Assembly: GCA_042568575.1 (NCBI GenBank)
Contig: JBHPIO010000002.1
Coordinates: 65,447 to 129,446 of the forward strand
Reading direction: 5' to 3'
Source: Patescibacteria group bacterium
GTDB lineage: Bacteria > Patescibacteriota > Gracilibacteria > UBA1369 > PNNO01
DNA length: 64,000 nt
In this document: piece by piece, positions 36,708 through 46,465 of the stretch
Numbering within the stretch: the first letter of the stretch is position 1
Layout: each line of letters begins with the position of its first letter
Position numbers and translations under genes: made by a program
Notes under the pieces: generated by a model
The model's database searches: none
The model's input: the letters and a program-made list of their open reading frames with translations, nothing else
Told to the model about the DNA's origin: nothing

Positions 36708-37337
36708 TTAACCACAATTAGTACAGTCATCTCCTTCGAAATTTTGATAGTAAGGTTCTAGCATCATCATGTCGTCTATGGTTACAGTTTCCCAAAGTTG
36801 CCATTCTTTACATAATTCATCGCTGTTGCTTTCGTGGCAGCTAAAACCAATAGAGTCTAACGTATCTATTAGTGATTGGCTTGGATAATCTACAAGAAGT
36901 ATTGTTGAGCCAAGTGTATAATTGTCTCCGTCCACGCCAAATAACTGACTAACACGTTCTGAACCGCAGGTGTATGCTGTAAATAATTGGCCAAGGAATC
37001 CGATATTTGAATATTTTGGGTCGATTGGATAGATATCACGCCCAATATCCGTTGTAGTTGGAGAAGCCGTACATAAGTTAGAAGAAGTCACTTCGCTGGT
37101 TTCCATATAGTCTATGAGACGATCAAGCATTACGGCAAGCTCGGCTCTGTTGACGTTATTAGTAGGGCCAAATGTGCCATCTTCGTATCCTTCAATAATA
37201 CCTTTATCTGACAGGCTTGCTACAGCTTCTGAATACCATGTATCCGCAGGTACATCAGAGAAGAATTTTGAAGCCGCAAAGGCTACGGTTGATCCCAATA
37301 GCGCTCCCACCAAAATCAACATCAATGTTTTTTTCAT
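36708..37337 (-). CDS. Secreted S-layer homology (SLH) domain protein with Cys-rich C-terminal domain
   Basis: Signal peptide; FSDVP..WY...GIIEGYEDGTFGP...NRAELA. Confidence 0.9.
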   Translation of the reverse strand: MKKTLMLILVGALLGSTVAFAASKFFSDVPADTWYSEAVASLSDKGIIEGYEDGTFGPTNNVNRAELAVMLDRLIDYMETSEVTSSNLCTASPTTTDIGRDIYPIDPKYSNIGFLGQLFTAYTCGSERVSQLFGVDGDNYTLGSTILLVDYPSQSLIDTLDSIGFSCHESNSDELCKEWQLWETVTIDDMMMLEPYYQNFEGDDCTNCG

Positions 37338-37447
37338 TTGTATGTAGTTAGATTGTTAAATAGATTATATATACATTTCACAAAATTTCATACGACAATT
37401 CCTGGATCGCATTCAAGTTATACCAAAGAGATAGGGTTTTTGTCGAA

Positions 37448-37490
37448 AAAACACCCTGCAGCGAATGAAATGAGCGAAGCCGTTTTTGAG
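37448..37490 (-). repeat. Dispersed repeat part A, copy 2
   Basis: Reverse complement ctcaaaaacggcttcgctcatttcattcgctgcagggtgtttt matches 25744-25787 except in the central loop. Confidence 0.75.
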
Positions 37491-37499
37491 ACAACATCT

Positions 37500-37922
37500 C
37501 TATCTCTTACTGAACTGTGGAGCTTTTCGCGCTCTTTTAAGACCACATTTCTTACGTTCCTTGCTTCGTGAATCGCGTGTCAAAAATCCTGCTTTCTTTA
37601 GGACTGCGCGAAGCATTTCATCGTGCTCTAGAAGTGCTTTTGAAATTCCGTGCCTTATTGCACCGGCTTGTGAATTCCATCCACCACCTTGAACTTTTAC
37701 AGAGATATCAAAAGTTTTAGCAAGTCCTGTAAGTCGCAATGGAGCAACAATACAATCTTCCTGTACTTTAACTTGAACATACTCTTTTAAAGGTTTTTCA
37801 TTAACTGTGATATCGCCTTTTCCACCTGGGTACAAACGTACTCTGGCAACAGACTCTTTACGTTTTCCATTAGCGTACATATATTTATCGTCTTTCTTTT
37901 TAGCTTTCGGCTGTGCTGGCAT
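37500..37922 (-). CDS. rpsI: 30S ribosomal protein S9
   Basis: GKRKESVARV, FLTRDSR, PQFSKR. Confidence 0.98.
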   Translation of the reverse strand: MPAQPKAKKKDDKYMYANGKRKESVARVRLYPGGKGDITVNEKPLKEYVQVKVQEDCIVAPLRLTGLAKTFDISVKVQGGGWNSQAGAIRHGISKALLEHDEMLRAVLKKAGFLTRDSRSKERKKCGLKRARKAPQFSKR

Positions 37923-37929
37923 AGTTTAA

Positions 37930-38355
37930 TTAAGTTAACGGTTGAGGTTGTTGTGCTTCATGAGGATGTTCTCCTCCAGCATAAATTTTAAGTTTTTCCA
38001 TAACTTCTTTTCGGAGTTTGTTTGGTGGGATCATTCCTTTAATAGCTTTCTTTAAAGCTTCGGTAGGTTTTTTCTCAAGCAAATCCTTTAATGGTTGTTT
38101 TTTAAGACCACTTGGGAATCCGCTATGTCTGTAGTACATCTTATCTTCTAATTTATTCCCAGTAACATGGATTTTTTCAGCATTGATAACTACAACGAAG
38201 TCTCCACAATCAACGTGTGGAGCAAATTGAGGTTTATCTTTTCCTCGTAGCTTCACAGCGATCTTTACAGCGATTCGCCCTAGTGTCTGGTCTTTTGCGT
38301 CAACAATATACCAATTTCTTTTAATCTCCGGTTTTTTAGGTGAGTAAGTTTTCAT
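37930..38355 (-). CDS. rplM: 50S ribosomal protein L13
   Basis: [25 protein letters not shown]. Confidence 0.98.
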   Translation of the reverse strand: MKTYSPKKPEIKRNWYIVDAKDQTLGRIAVKIAVKLRGKDKPQFAPHVDCGDFVVVINAEKIHVTGNKLEDKMYYRHSGFPSGLKKQPLKDLLEKKPTEALKKAIKGMIPPNKLRKEVMEKLKIYAGGEHPHEAQQPQPLT

Positions 38356-38401
38356 AGCTTTAATTAATAGGGGGGAATGTCGCTCGCTTCGCTCGCGACT
38401 G

Positions 38402-38755
38402 TTATACTAGTTCAATAAGTACCATAGGTGCCGCATCACCTGCACGATGACCGACTTTTGTAGTTCGAGTATATCCAGAAGTTCTGTCTTTATACTTATC
38501 TACAAGTTGTTCAATAATTTTCCGAGCACAACTTTCATGATTCACTAGACGATCAAGTTCTCTAATAACATGAAGTTTTCCGTCCTTCTTTCCAACATTA
38601 ATCAATCTGTCGATAAATGGAACTACAGCATTTGCCCTTGCTTGCGTAGTTTTAACCTTTTCGTGAATGATTACATTCATTGCAAGGTTTCGAAGCAAAG
38701 ACTTTCTGTGAGCCTTACTAAATCCTATTTTTTTGATTCTCTTTTGATGTCGCAT
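38402..38755 (-). CDS. rplQ: 50S ribosomal protein L17
   Basis: MRHQKR, GYTR, GDAAPM. Confidence 0.98.
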   Translation of the reverse strand: MRHQKRIKKIGFSKAHRKSLLRNLAMNVIIHEKVKTTQARANAVVPFIDRLINVGKKDGKLHVIRELDRLVNHESCARKIIEQLVDKYKDRTSGYTRTTKVGHRAGDAAPMVLIELV

Positions 38756-38842
38756 TGTTGGTTGCTAATTATTGGTTACTGATTATAAGGTATAAGTAGT
38801 AAAATTCCTAAAGAAAATGCATGTTTCGCATTCGCGAAACTG

Positions 38843-39820
38843 TTATTCCTCCGAAAGGTTAAGTCCTTTCTTTTCAAGCGCTTCGCTAACTTCAGTTAGT
38901 GCTTTCTTACCAAATCCACGTAGGTTAGATAGCTTACTTTCTGTACATTTAGATAGCTGTTCAATTGATCCGATTCCTCCATTGATAAGCGCGTTAAGCG
39001 TTCTTGGAGAGAATCCTAGAATTTCAATTGGTGTATATGATTCTTGAACTGGCTTAGCCTGCTCCTGTTCTTGTTCTTTCTGTGCAATCTTTGCAAAGTC
39101 ACTCATAAAGCCAGCCTCAACCATCACACCTTCCTCATTAAAGAGGCTGAAGTATGAAACGACGATATTAGAACTGAATTTCAGAGCATCTTCAGGACTG
39201 ATTGTCCCGTCAGTCTGAATTTCAAGTGTCATTTTATCGAGGTTTGTCATTTGACCTACACGAGTGTCTTCAACATCGTATCGAACCTTGATAACTGGTG
39301 TGTAAATTGAATCAAGAACGATCATGTTTGGATCTTTTTCTTCTTTAATACGTTGTGCAGCTGGTACATATCCAACTCCTTTTTCAACGCGCATTTCAAT
39401 CTTTAACTTTGTGCTTTTTCCTTCAATAGTAGTGATGTACAAATCAGGGTTCATGATTTTAACGTCACTTGAAGTTTTGATGTCTTTTGCAGTTACAACT
39501 CCTGTCTTTGAAACATTCAATTCAATAGTAGATGGTTCTTTTGTTTCTTTCTGAATGTGAAGCTTCTTTAAATTCAACGTAATATCGAGGATGCTGTCTT
39601 TCACTCCTTTGATAGTAGAATATTGGTGAGTAACACCTTGAATCTTTATGCCAGTTACACATGCTCCTGGAAGCGATGAGAGAAGAACTCTACGAAGGGC
39701 ATTACCAACAGTCATCCCATATCCCGGAGGAAGTGGCCCGAGTGTAAATACCATGTGGTGATCACCCTTGCTCTGAGACTTAAACTTTGGAATACCGATC
39801 TCTTCTTGTATTTGGTGCAT
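38843..39820 (-). CDS. rpoA: RNA polymerase alpha subunit
   Basis: GYGMTVGNALRRVLLSSLPG, alpha-CTD. Confidence 0.98.
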   Translation of the reverse strand: MHQIQEEIGIPKFKSQSKGDHHMVFTLGPLPPGYGMTVGNALRRVLLSSLPGACVTGIKIQGVTHQYSTIKGVKDSILDITLNLKKLHIQKETKEPSTIELNVSKTGVVTAKDIKTSSDVKIMNPDLYITTIEGKSTKLKIEMRVEKGVGYVPAAQRIKEEKDPNMIVLDSIYTPVIKVRYDVEDTRVGQMTNLDKMTLEIQTDGTISPEDALKFSSNIVVSYFSLFNEEGVMVEAGFMSDFAKIAQKEQEQEQAKPVQESYTPIEILGFSPRTLNALINGGIGSIEQLSKCTESKLSNLRGFGKKALTEVSEALEKKGLNLSEE

Positions 39821-39856
39821 ATTTAATAATATTAAATAACGTGAGAAATAAACTTA

Positions 39857-40483
39857 TTACTTTGAGTAGTACTCAACTATAAGCTGAGCTTCGATGATTT
39901 GCTCTAGATCGTCCCTTCCTGGGTCCCTGATCATTTCGCAATTCAATCCTTTTAGGTCAACCTTAAGCCATTTTGGTGCCCTAGGTTTTCTTGTCTTTAT
40001 TGTTTCAAATAGAGGTGATCCCTGTAATTTTTCTCTTACTTCTATTTTGTCTCCGATTTTCAATTCAATAGATGGGATATCAACTCTTTTTCCGTTTAGT
40101 TTAATTAATCCATGAGTTACAATCTGACGAGCTTGTCTTCTTGTGTCAGCAAGGCCTGCTCTGTAAACAACATTATCTATACGTTTCTCAAGGATAGTTA
40201 ATAGTGCAACGTGAGTCGCAAGTTCCGCAGAATCAGCTTTCTTGTAGTATCTTCTGAACTGTTTTTCAAGAATTCCATAAATACGTTTTGCTTTCTGCTT
40301 TTCTCTTAATTGTTTTCCGTACTCAGATTGTTTAGAGAAACTACCTTTTTTTCCTTGAGCTCCGGGAGGATAGTTCTTTTTTTGAGTAGCTTTTAATAGG
40401 CATCCTTCATAATTACCGAATGCAGCAATTGAAATACCTTCTCTTCTACAAATTTTACTTAATGAACCTCTGTGTCGTGCCAT
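39857..40483 (-). CDS. rpsD: 30S ribosomal protein S4
   Basis: SEYGKQLREKQK, IVEYYSK. Confidence 0.98.
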   Translation of the reverse strand: MARHRGSLSKICRREGISIAAFGNYEGCLLKATQKKNYPPGAQGKKGSFSKQSEYGKQLREKQKAKRIYGILEKQFRRYYKKADSAELATHVALLTILEKRIDNVVYRAGLADTRRQARQIVTHGLIKLNGKRVDIPSIELKIGDKIEVREKLQGSPLFETIKTRKPRAPKWLKVDLKGLNCEMIRDPGRDDLEQIIEAQLIVEYYSK

Positions 40484-40513
40484 GAAATGAACTGGTTACT
40501 AGATTGATTATTA

Positions 40514-40909
40514 TTAGTTTCGTCGTTGCTTTTTAGGACGACATCCATTGTGTGGAACTGGAGTCATGTCGCTAATTGAAAGGATCTGTAATCCTGCTGA
40601 ATTTAATCCTCTAACTGCTTGTTCTCTTCCTGACCCAACTCCTTTTACAAACACTCTTACTTTTTCTGCCCCATATAATTTAGCCTTTTCTACTGCGCTT
40701 TCAGCAGCTACTTGAGCTGCGTAAGGAGTAGATTTGCGAGCTCCTTTGAATCCGTTTGCGCCCGCAGTAGACCATGCAATCACATCACCGCTTGGTTCTG
40801 TAATTGTAATAATAGTATTATTATATGATGCCTGAATATAAACGTTACATTCTGGGCACACTCTTCTTTTAACTTTTTTCTTGGTTGTCTTCTTTTTAGC
40901 GTCAGCCAT
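40514..40909 (-). CDS. rpsK: 30S ribosomal protein S11
   Basis: [21 protein letters not shown]. Confidence 0.98.
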   Translation of the reverse strand: MADAKKKTTKKKVKRRVCPECNVYIQASYNNTIITITEPSGDVIAWSTAGANGFKGARKSTPYAAQVAAESAVEKAKLYGAEKVRVFVKGVGSGREQAVRGLNSAGLQILSISDMTPVPHNGCRPKKQRRN

Positions 40910-40941
40910 TATTATTAATGGTTATTATTAATTATTAACGA

Positions 40942-41316
40942 TTATTTCGCAGCTATCTTCTTACCAGCAATTGCAACACGTTTACCTTTCTTAGTACGTG
41001 CATTTGTCTTAGTTCTTTGCCCACGTACAGGAAGTTTTTTTCTATGTCTAAATCCTTTGTAACTTCCGATATCTTGCAAACGTTTAATATCCATGCCTAC
41101 TTTTCTTCTAAGGTCACCTTCTGTCACCATTTTTCCAATGTGCTCACGAAGTTTTCCAACTTCAGCTTCTGTTAAATCTTTTACTTTAGTATTAAAATCA
41201 ATTTTAAGTTCAAGCAATATCTTCTTGCTCACTTGTCTGCCGATTCCATATATAGAAGTAAGTGCAACTTCTATCCTTTTTTCTTTAGGGAGGTTAACTC
41301 CAGCGATTCTTGCCAT
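40942..41316 (-). CDS. rpsM: 30S ribosomal protein S13
   Basis: [23 protein letters not shown]. Confidence 0.98.
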   Translation of the reverse strand: MARIAGVNLPKEKRIEVALTSIYGIGRQVSKKILLELKIDFNTKVKDLTEAEVGKLREHIGKMVTEGDLRRKVGMDIKRLQDIGSYKGFRHRKKLPVRGQRTKTNARTKKGKRVAIAGKKIAAK

Positions 41317-41341
41317 TATTATTAATGATTATTATTAATGA

Positions 41342-41455
41342 TTAACCTTGTCTTTGCTTATGCTTTTTAGTTTGACAGATAACACGGATTACACGTTTTC
41401 GACGTATTACCTTGCATTTATCGCAGATTTTTTTTACTGATGCTCGTACTTTCAT
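41342..41455 (-). CDS. rpmJ: 50S ribosomal protein L36 (below ORF-track cutoff)
   Basis: Manual translation [37 protein letters not shown]. Confidence 0.97.
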   Translation of the reverse strand: MKVRASVKKICDKCKVIRRKRVIRVICQTKKHKQRQG

Positions 41456-41467
41456 AATCCTGGTGTG

Positions 41468-41812
41468 TTATTCGTTAGATGGTGCTTCTTCAGCTTTTTC
41501 TGTTTCTTCGCTTTCTTCCTTTTCCTTTTGCGCTTGTGCCTCTTCAGCTTCTTTCTCTTCCATTACTCTTTTTGCTTCTGCAGGCGATTTGTATCGGAAT
41601 GTAATTCTCCCCTTAGTAAGATCATAAGGAGTTAATTCAATCGATACTACATCTCCAGGAACAACTTTGATGTAATTAACCCTCATTCGACCTGAAAGAT
41701 GCGCAAGCACCGTATGGTCCGGGTAGTTTTTGTCGATCAATTTGACTTTAAAGGTAGCATTAGGAAGAGTTTCAACCACTTCTCCCATTACTTCGATTAC
41801 CTCTTTCGCCAT
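41468..41812 (-). CDS. infA: Translation initiation factor IF-1 with acidic C-terminal extension
   Basis: [27 protein letters not shown]; ATG 41812; upstream TTGCAT-17-TAGAAT (41871-41899). Confidence 0.96.
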   Translation of the reverse strand: MAKEVIEVMGEVVETLPNATFKVKLIDKNYPDHTVLAHLSGRMRVNYIKVVPGDVVSIELTPYDLTKGRITFRYKSPAEAKRVMEEKEAEEAQAQKEKEESEETEKAEEAPSNE

Positions 41813-42073
41813 AGATTTAATGGTTTTAAAAAGCCTTTTTAGCAAATATTATTTGCAAAAGAGCGATAGGATTCTACCTTAGGAAATAAGCTAATGCAAG
41901 GGATTTTGGAGAATATTTTCCAAATTATTAAAAAGGTGTTGCGTGAAAAGAAAAAACATTGCCATATATATCATTTTTGGAAACCCAAAATTACCGTTTT
42001 GATACCCTCGGTGGTTGTTTTGTTCGCTTTGTTATGCTAGAATAATAAGAATTAAATAAAAATTGCGCGCGTT

Positions 42074-42973
42074 ATGGAAGATAAGGATAAAAAAAGAAAG
42101 ACGATTGCGCTTGCTCTTGGAGGCGGTGGTGCGCGAGGTTTCGCTCATGTAGGGATGCTTGAAGTTCTTGAAAGAGAAGGCATCAAGGTTGACTATATTG
42201 CTGGTACAAGCATGGGGGCTATTATGGGTGGAATGTATGCATCTGGTTATCCTATTAGTAAAATAAAGGAAATAGTGAGGAACTTCAAGAATCTGAATAT
42301 TATTCCGACTCAGTATCTTAATGTACTTCATGAGAGTATGCTGAAGTCTACTTTTGTAAAAGAGGCGCTTGAACAAATATTTCAAGATAAAACATTTGAA
42401 GAATGCAAAATCCCTTTTTATACACTTGCAGTTGATTTGGAAAGTGGAAAAGAAGTGATTTTTAATTCAGGTTCACTTAAGGATGCGATTCTGGCTTCGG
42501 CTTCAATCCCTCTTATTTTCCCCCCAACTTTCCATAAAGATAGATATTTGATTGACGGTGGTGTGTTAAACAATGTGCCGGTTACATGTTTACGGGCATT
42601 GAATCCAGATATTCTTATAGGTTCAAAAATTGTGAACTACACTTCGCGTCAGTATATTTCTGGAATGGTATATGCCAAGTATCATCAAAAGAAATACAAG
42701 TCTCTATTTAAACGGGCGAATTTTTTAAAGAGCTTTGTGAAGAATACGAAGGAAGATTTGCACTTGATGGTGGGTATTGCTCTACGAGCTATGGATATTG
42801 CGGCAAAAGATAGTACTGATAGACGTATTGAAGAAGCGGCTCCGGATCTTATGTTAGAGCCAAATATTCAAATTGGTCTTCTTGAGTTTAGTAAGGCGGA
42901 TCAAGCAATTGAAGAAGGAAGGCGCGCTATGGAAGAGGCGCTTCCGAAGCTAAAAGAGATATTGGACAAATAA
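42074..42973 (+). CDS. Patatin-like phospholipase
   Basis: GGGGARG, GTSMG nucleophile elbow, DGG. Confidence 0.93.
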   Translation: MEDKDKKRKTIALALGGGGARGFAHVGMLEVLEREGIKVDYIAGTSMGAIMGGMYASGYPISKIKEIVRNFKNLNIIPTQYLNVLHESMLKSTFVKEALEQIFQDKTFEECKIPFYTLAVDLESGKEVIFNSGSLKDAILASASIPLIFPPTFHKDRYLIDGGVLNNVPVTCLRALNPDILIGSKIVNYTSRQYISGMVYAKYHQKKYKSLFKRANFLKSFVKNTKEDLHLMVGIALRAMDIAAKDSTDRRIEEAAPDLMLEPNIQIGLLEFSKADQAIEEGRRAMEEALPKLKEILDK

Positions 42974-43057
42974 ATTTATTCTGCACAGATCTTGCATAAC
43001 CTTTTTAAATATGTTTTTATTTATAGAGGAGTTTTAATTAAGTAACATTTTAGACAT

Positions 43058-43264
43058 ATGGTTAGACTTGGCAGGGCTGGAGAATGTGATCCTGCATTGG
43101 AGAGAGAGATTACCCCAGATATGATGAGGCTTTTGGAGGAATTGGATAAGCAATACTTGGCTGACGATATAACTCTTCACGGAGCACAGGCTGCTTTGGA
43201 TGCAGCTTTGGCAGAAGTAAATGAGGTACATGAATTATTTGGATTGGTAGAAGTTCCGGAATAG
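43058..43264 (+). CDS. Small acidic hypothetical protein
   Basis: 68 aa ORF; start uncertain. Confidence 0.5.
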   Translation: MVRLGRAGECDPALEREITPDMMRLLEELDKQYLADDITLHGAQAALDAALAEVNEVHELFGLVEVPE

Positions 43265-43338
43265 TAATCTTGCAGCGCCTATTGACAAAAACAAAAGAAT
43301 TCATTATAGTATCGCCTTGATATTTTTAATGATCTAAA

Positions 43339-44721
43339 ATGGGATCTGATTTAGATAGACAACCCGAAATTGATACACCTACATTGGATGATGCGCTTGC
43401 AGCGACTCCTGTCTGCCATGAAGTTGTGGAGGATATTGATAGCATACGTTTTGCCTTTGCTGAAGTGGAGGAAAGGAAGCGTGAAGGTCTTGCTAGTGAC
43501 CCGAAAGCAATCAGGAAGTTTAAAGATCGTCTGTACCATTTATGGGGAGATTGCGATGAAGTCCCTGCAATCCCGGTTGAGACTCCTTATGAAGAAATGA
43601 GGAGAAGTATTAAATTTGTACCTATTGATAGCCAGGGGATGTTTATGGTTCTTATTCAAACTGAGTATGATGATGATACTCCTGAGACCCACGAATTACT
43701 TTCATTATGGGAAGCTCTAGTTTTATCTTCTGAAGAGAGTATAGGAAATGAAATTGAGCTAATTGAAAAATTTCGACAAAGAATGCCTGAGGCTTTGCGC
43801 GGGTATAAGACTAGAAAGCCAAAGGAGGAGGAGGCTTGTCATAGGATTGTTGTTCCGCGTGAACATTTTGATCGCTCCCTGGAAGAATTAGTAAAGATAG
43901 AGATGCTTGAGGAGTTTGAAGCTCTTATTAGAAAAGGAAATGATAGGACAAGGTTTGAATCATCATGGTTTTACGCATATCTAGAGATGTATGGAGAAGA
44001 AATGATGGATATAGCCAAGATTAGAGCAGCTATTTCTGAGAATGTTAGGCTACATCCTGGTAGTTTTCTTGCGGCGGATAAGTGTGATGACTATTCGGAC
44101 GATGATCCAGGGGTTGTTTTGCCGGAGCAAGAAATGCCGGAATCAAATGAAGGATTAAGAGCTTTGTGTGTTAGGGCGGAATTTTTCTCAATTGATTCGA
44201 TGGATCTTTCGTTGGAACAAAGATTGGAAAGAATTCGGTTGCAGCAAAAATTATCGCATGAATTGGAGTTACTTACTGAGAAGGAAAATGATCGAACAAG
44301 AGGGGAGTCAGATTGGTTTTATTATCTTCAAACAGTGATTGCTGAACTAGAAGTTGAAGTTGAAGAGGATCTGTTGATTGATTTATGGAATGAATCCGAA
44401 GATGTAAGAACAATTACTATTGAAGGTCATTATTCAATTAAAGAGCTGCCCGACGGACTTTTATTGTTTAGGGATGGGAATGCATGTGAGTTATTAAATT
44501 TAAATGCTGCTGCAAAGAAACTTCAGGCAGATAATGTGATTGAAGCTATTGAAAGTGAGATTGATCGTATGAGAATAGAATCTGAGAGACTAAAAGCTGA
44601 GAAGAGAGGAATGAGGAGATATGCTGAAAGGATTGATGAATTAGGAAGATCAGGGCTAAGACTTCAAGGCCAACGTACATTAATTGAAGGGATTGTATCT
44701 CGAGCATCAGTTGCTTCATAA
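43339..44721 (+). CDS. Acidic hypothetical protein with internal repeat
   Basis: 460 aa; TTGACA-17-TATAGT at 43282-43310; NDRTRxESxWFY occurs twice. Confidence 0.75.
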   Translation: MGSDLDRQPEIDTPTLDDALAATPVCHEVVEDIDSIRFAFAEVEERKREGLASDPKAIRKFKDRLYHLWGDCDEVPAIPVETPYEEMRRSIKFVPIDSQGMFMVLIQTEYDDDTPETHELLSLWEALVLSSEESIGNEIELIEKFRQRMPEALRGYKTRKPKEEEACHRIVVPREHFDRSLEELVKIEMLEEFEALIRKGNDRTRFESSWFYAYLEMYGEEMMDIAKIRAAISENVRLHPGSFLAADKCDDYSDDDPGVVLPEQEMPESNEGLRALCVRAEFFSIDSMDLSLEQRLERIRLQQKLSHELELLTEKENDRTRGESDWFYYLQTVIAELEVEVEEDLLIDLWNESEDVRTITIEGHYSIKELPDGLLLFRDGNACELLNLNAAAKKLQADNVIEAIESEIDRMRIESERLKAEKRGMRRYAERIDELGRSGLRLQGQRTLIEGIVSRASVAS

Positions 44722-44786
44722 AATTGACAAGTGTTTGGCATTACTATATAGCTTTTGTGGAGATATTAATTAATTAATTTATTTAT

Positions 44787-45032
44787 ATGTTAGAAAGAAT
44801 GTTGAGAAGGGCTGAAGCCGCAGCAAGTGGTGCAATTACTGCAGCTTTGAATAGATTTAAAGATGGAAATCCAAGCTTAGTTGATGCGGTAGAACGTGAT
44901 GAGCAAGCTGAAGGAGAAGTTGAAGTTCCAACAGAAGAACCTACTCAAAAAGTTGAAGATAGAGAGTCTGACGAATACGTTAGAATGATGCACGAAAAAT
45001 TTGCAGATGTTTTTAGAACTGGTCTTTTATAA
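44787..45032 (+). CDS. Small acidic hypothetical protein
   Basis: 81 aa; TTGACA at 44724 upstream. Confidence 0.6.
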   Translation: MLERMLRRAEAAASGAITAALNRFKDGNPSLVDAVERDEQAEGEVEVPTEEPTQKVEDRESDEYVRMMHEKFADVFRTGLL

Positions 45033-45036
45033 TCCA

Positions 45037-45786
45037 CTACTTAGTTAGAATTTCCGCGCCTGTTTTGGTAACTACAATTGTATGCTCCCACTGACATGCA
45101 GGGAGTTTGTCGGCTGTTACGATTGTCCAGCCGTCTTTTAGTGTGTTGATTTTGCCGCTGCCCATTGCAACTATTGGTTCTATTGCAAGGGTCATGCCGG
45201 CTTTTAGTGTTGGTCCCTTGCTGTATTGTTGATAGTTGCAGATAAATGGATCTTCGTGAAGTTGCCTTCCTATTCCATGACCTGTTAATTCACGAATAAC
45301 GGTGTATCCGTGTTGGCCTTCAACAATTTTCTGTACTGTTTCGCCAATTACATTTAGTGATACTCCTTCTTTAATTCTTGAGATTACTTCTTTGAGCGTT
45401 TTTTTGACTACAAAAACGAATTCCTTAGTCTTTTCAGGAACATCTCCGATGAATAAAGTGCGTGCGCTATCTGAGTGAAATCCTTTATGTAGTACGCCGC
45501 AGTCGATTGTGAATATATCTCCGTCTTTAAGAACTTTATTTCCCGGGATGGAATGAACGACTTCTTCATTAACAGATGCACAGATGATTCCTGGAAATCC
45601 TTTGTAACCTTTAAAAGATGGCTTTACGTTGTGTTTTTTCATTAGTGAAGCAGCATAATCGTCTACTTGGCCAGTTGTTTTGCCGACTTCAACATAATTC
45701 TCTAGTTCAGTTAAAATACTAGAAAGAATCTTCCCACCTTCTCGCATGAGTTCAATTTCTTCCGGACTTTTGATTATAATTGCCAT
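45037..45786 (-). CDS. map: Methionine aminopeptidase type I
   Basis: SVNEEVVHSIP, GHGIG, HEDP, EHT. Confidence 0.97.
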   Translation of the reverse strand: MAIIIKSPEEIELMREGGKILSSILTELENYVEVGKTTGQVDDYAASLMKKHNVKPSFKGYKGFPGIICASVNEEVVHSIPGNKVLKDGDIFTIDCGVLHKGFHSDSARTLFIGDVPEKTKEFVFVVKKTLKEVISRIKEGVSLNVIGETVQKIVEGQHGYTVIRELTGHGIGRQLHEDPFICNYQQYSKGPTLKAGMTLAIEPIVAMGSGKINTLKDGWTIVTADKLPACQWEHTIVVTKTGAEILTK

Positions 45787-46425
45787 CTATTTATAAATGG
45801 GATCTAAAGTTTTGAAAAGCTCTTGTGAAACTCCTTCGATGCTCTGTTCTCCATTGATTCGAATAAGTTTATCCTGTTCTAGATACATATCAATAACAGG
45901 CATTGTTTCTTCAAAGTAAGCATTAATTCGTGTTTTGATGCTTTCAGGATTGTCGTCACTTCGAGTTATAAGCTCGCTATTACATCTTTCACACATTTCG
46001 TTTTCATAATCTGCTGGATATGCTGTTTTACATTTTGAACAAATTCTTCGTAATGTGAGTCTGTTAATTGCAACTTCCTTGGGTAAATCAAGAATCAAAG
46101 CTTTATACTCCCTGCCGTGTTCTTGAAGAAGTGCATCTAAGCTCTTAGCTTGTTCCATTTTTCGTGGAATTCCATCAAAAATAACATTCTTTCCTTCTGG
46201 AACGTTCTTTAGGAAGTCCTCAACAATTTCCATTACTATTTCGTTTGGAACTAGATGTCCTGCCTCGATGATCTCCTTAACTTTTTTTCCGAGCTTGCTA
46301 TCTTCCTTAGAAAGCCTTCTTAGTTCTGCTCCTGTTTCGAAATATGCTGTATCGTAACGATCCATTAAAAGTCTCCCTTGAGTACCTTTTCCAGAACCTT
46401 GTATGCCAAATAGAATTAAGTCCAT
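45787..46425 (-). CDS. adk: Adenylate kinase
   Basis: GIQGSGKGTQ, DGIPR, Zn-lid CxxC...CxxC, RSDD. Confidence 0.95.
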   Translation of the reverse strand: MDLILFGIQGSGKGTQGRLLMDRYDTAYFETGAELRRLSKEDSKLGKKVKEIIEAGHLVPNEIVMEIVEDFLKNVPEGKNVIFDGIPRKMEQAKSLDALLQEHGREYKALILDLPKEVAINRLTLRRICSKCKTAYPADYENEMCERCNSELITRSDDNPESIKTRINAYFEETMPVIDMYLEQDKLIRINGEQSIEGVSQELFKTLDPIYK

Positions 46426-46465
46426 GTTTTAGTTTGTTAATTGTGATGTTAGTGCTGACGCGCTT

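Noticed and set aside
40910-41343. ttattaatg-type short repeats in ribosomal intergenic spacers
   Set aside because: Low-complexity AT-rich spacers (A-rich translation initiation regions on the coding strand); no discrete element.
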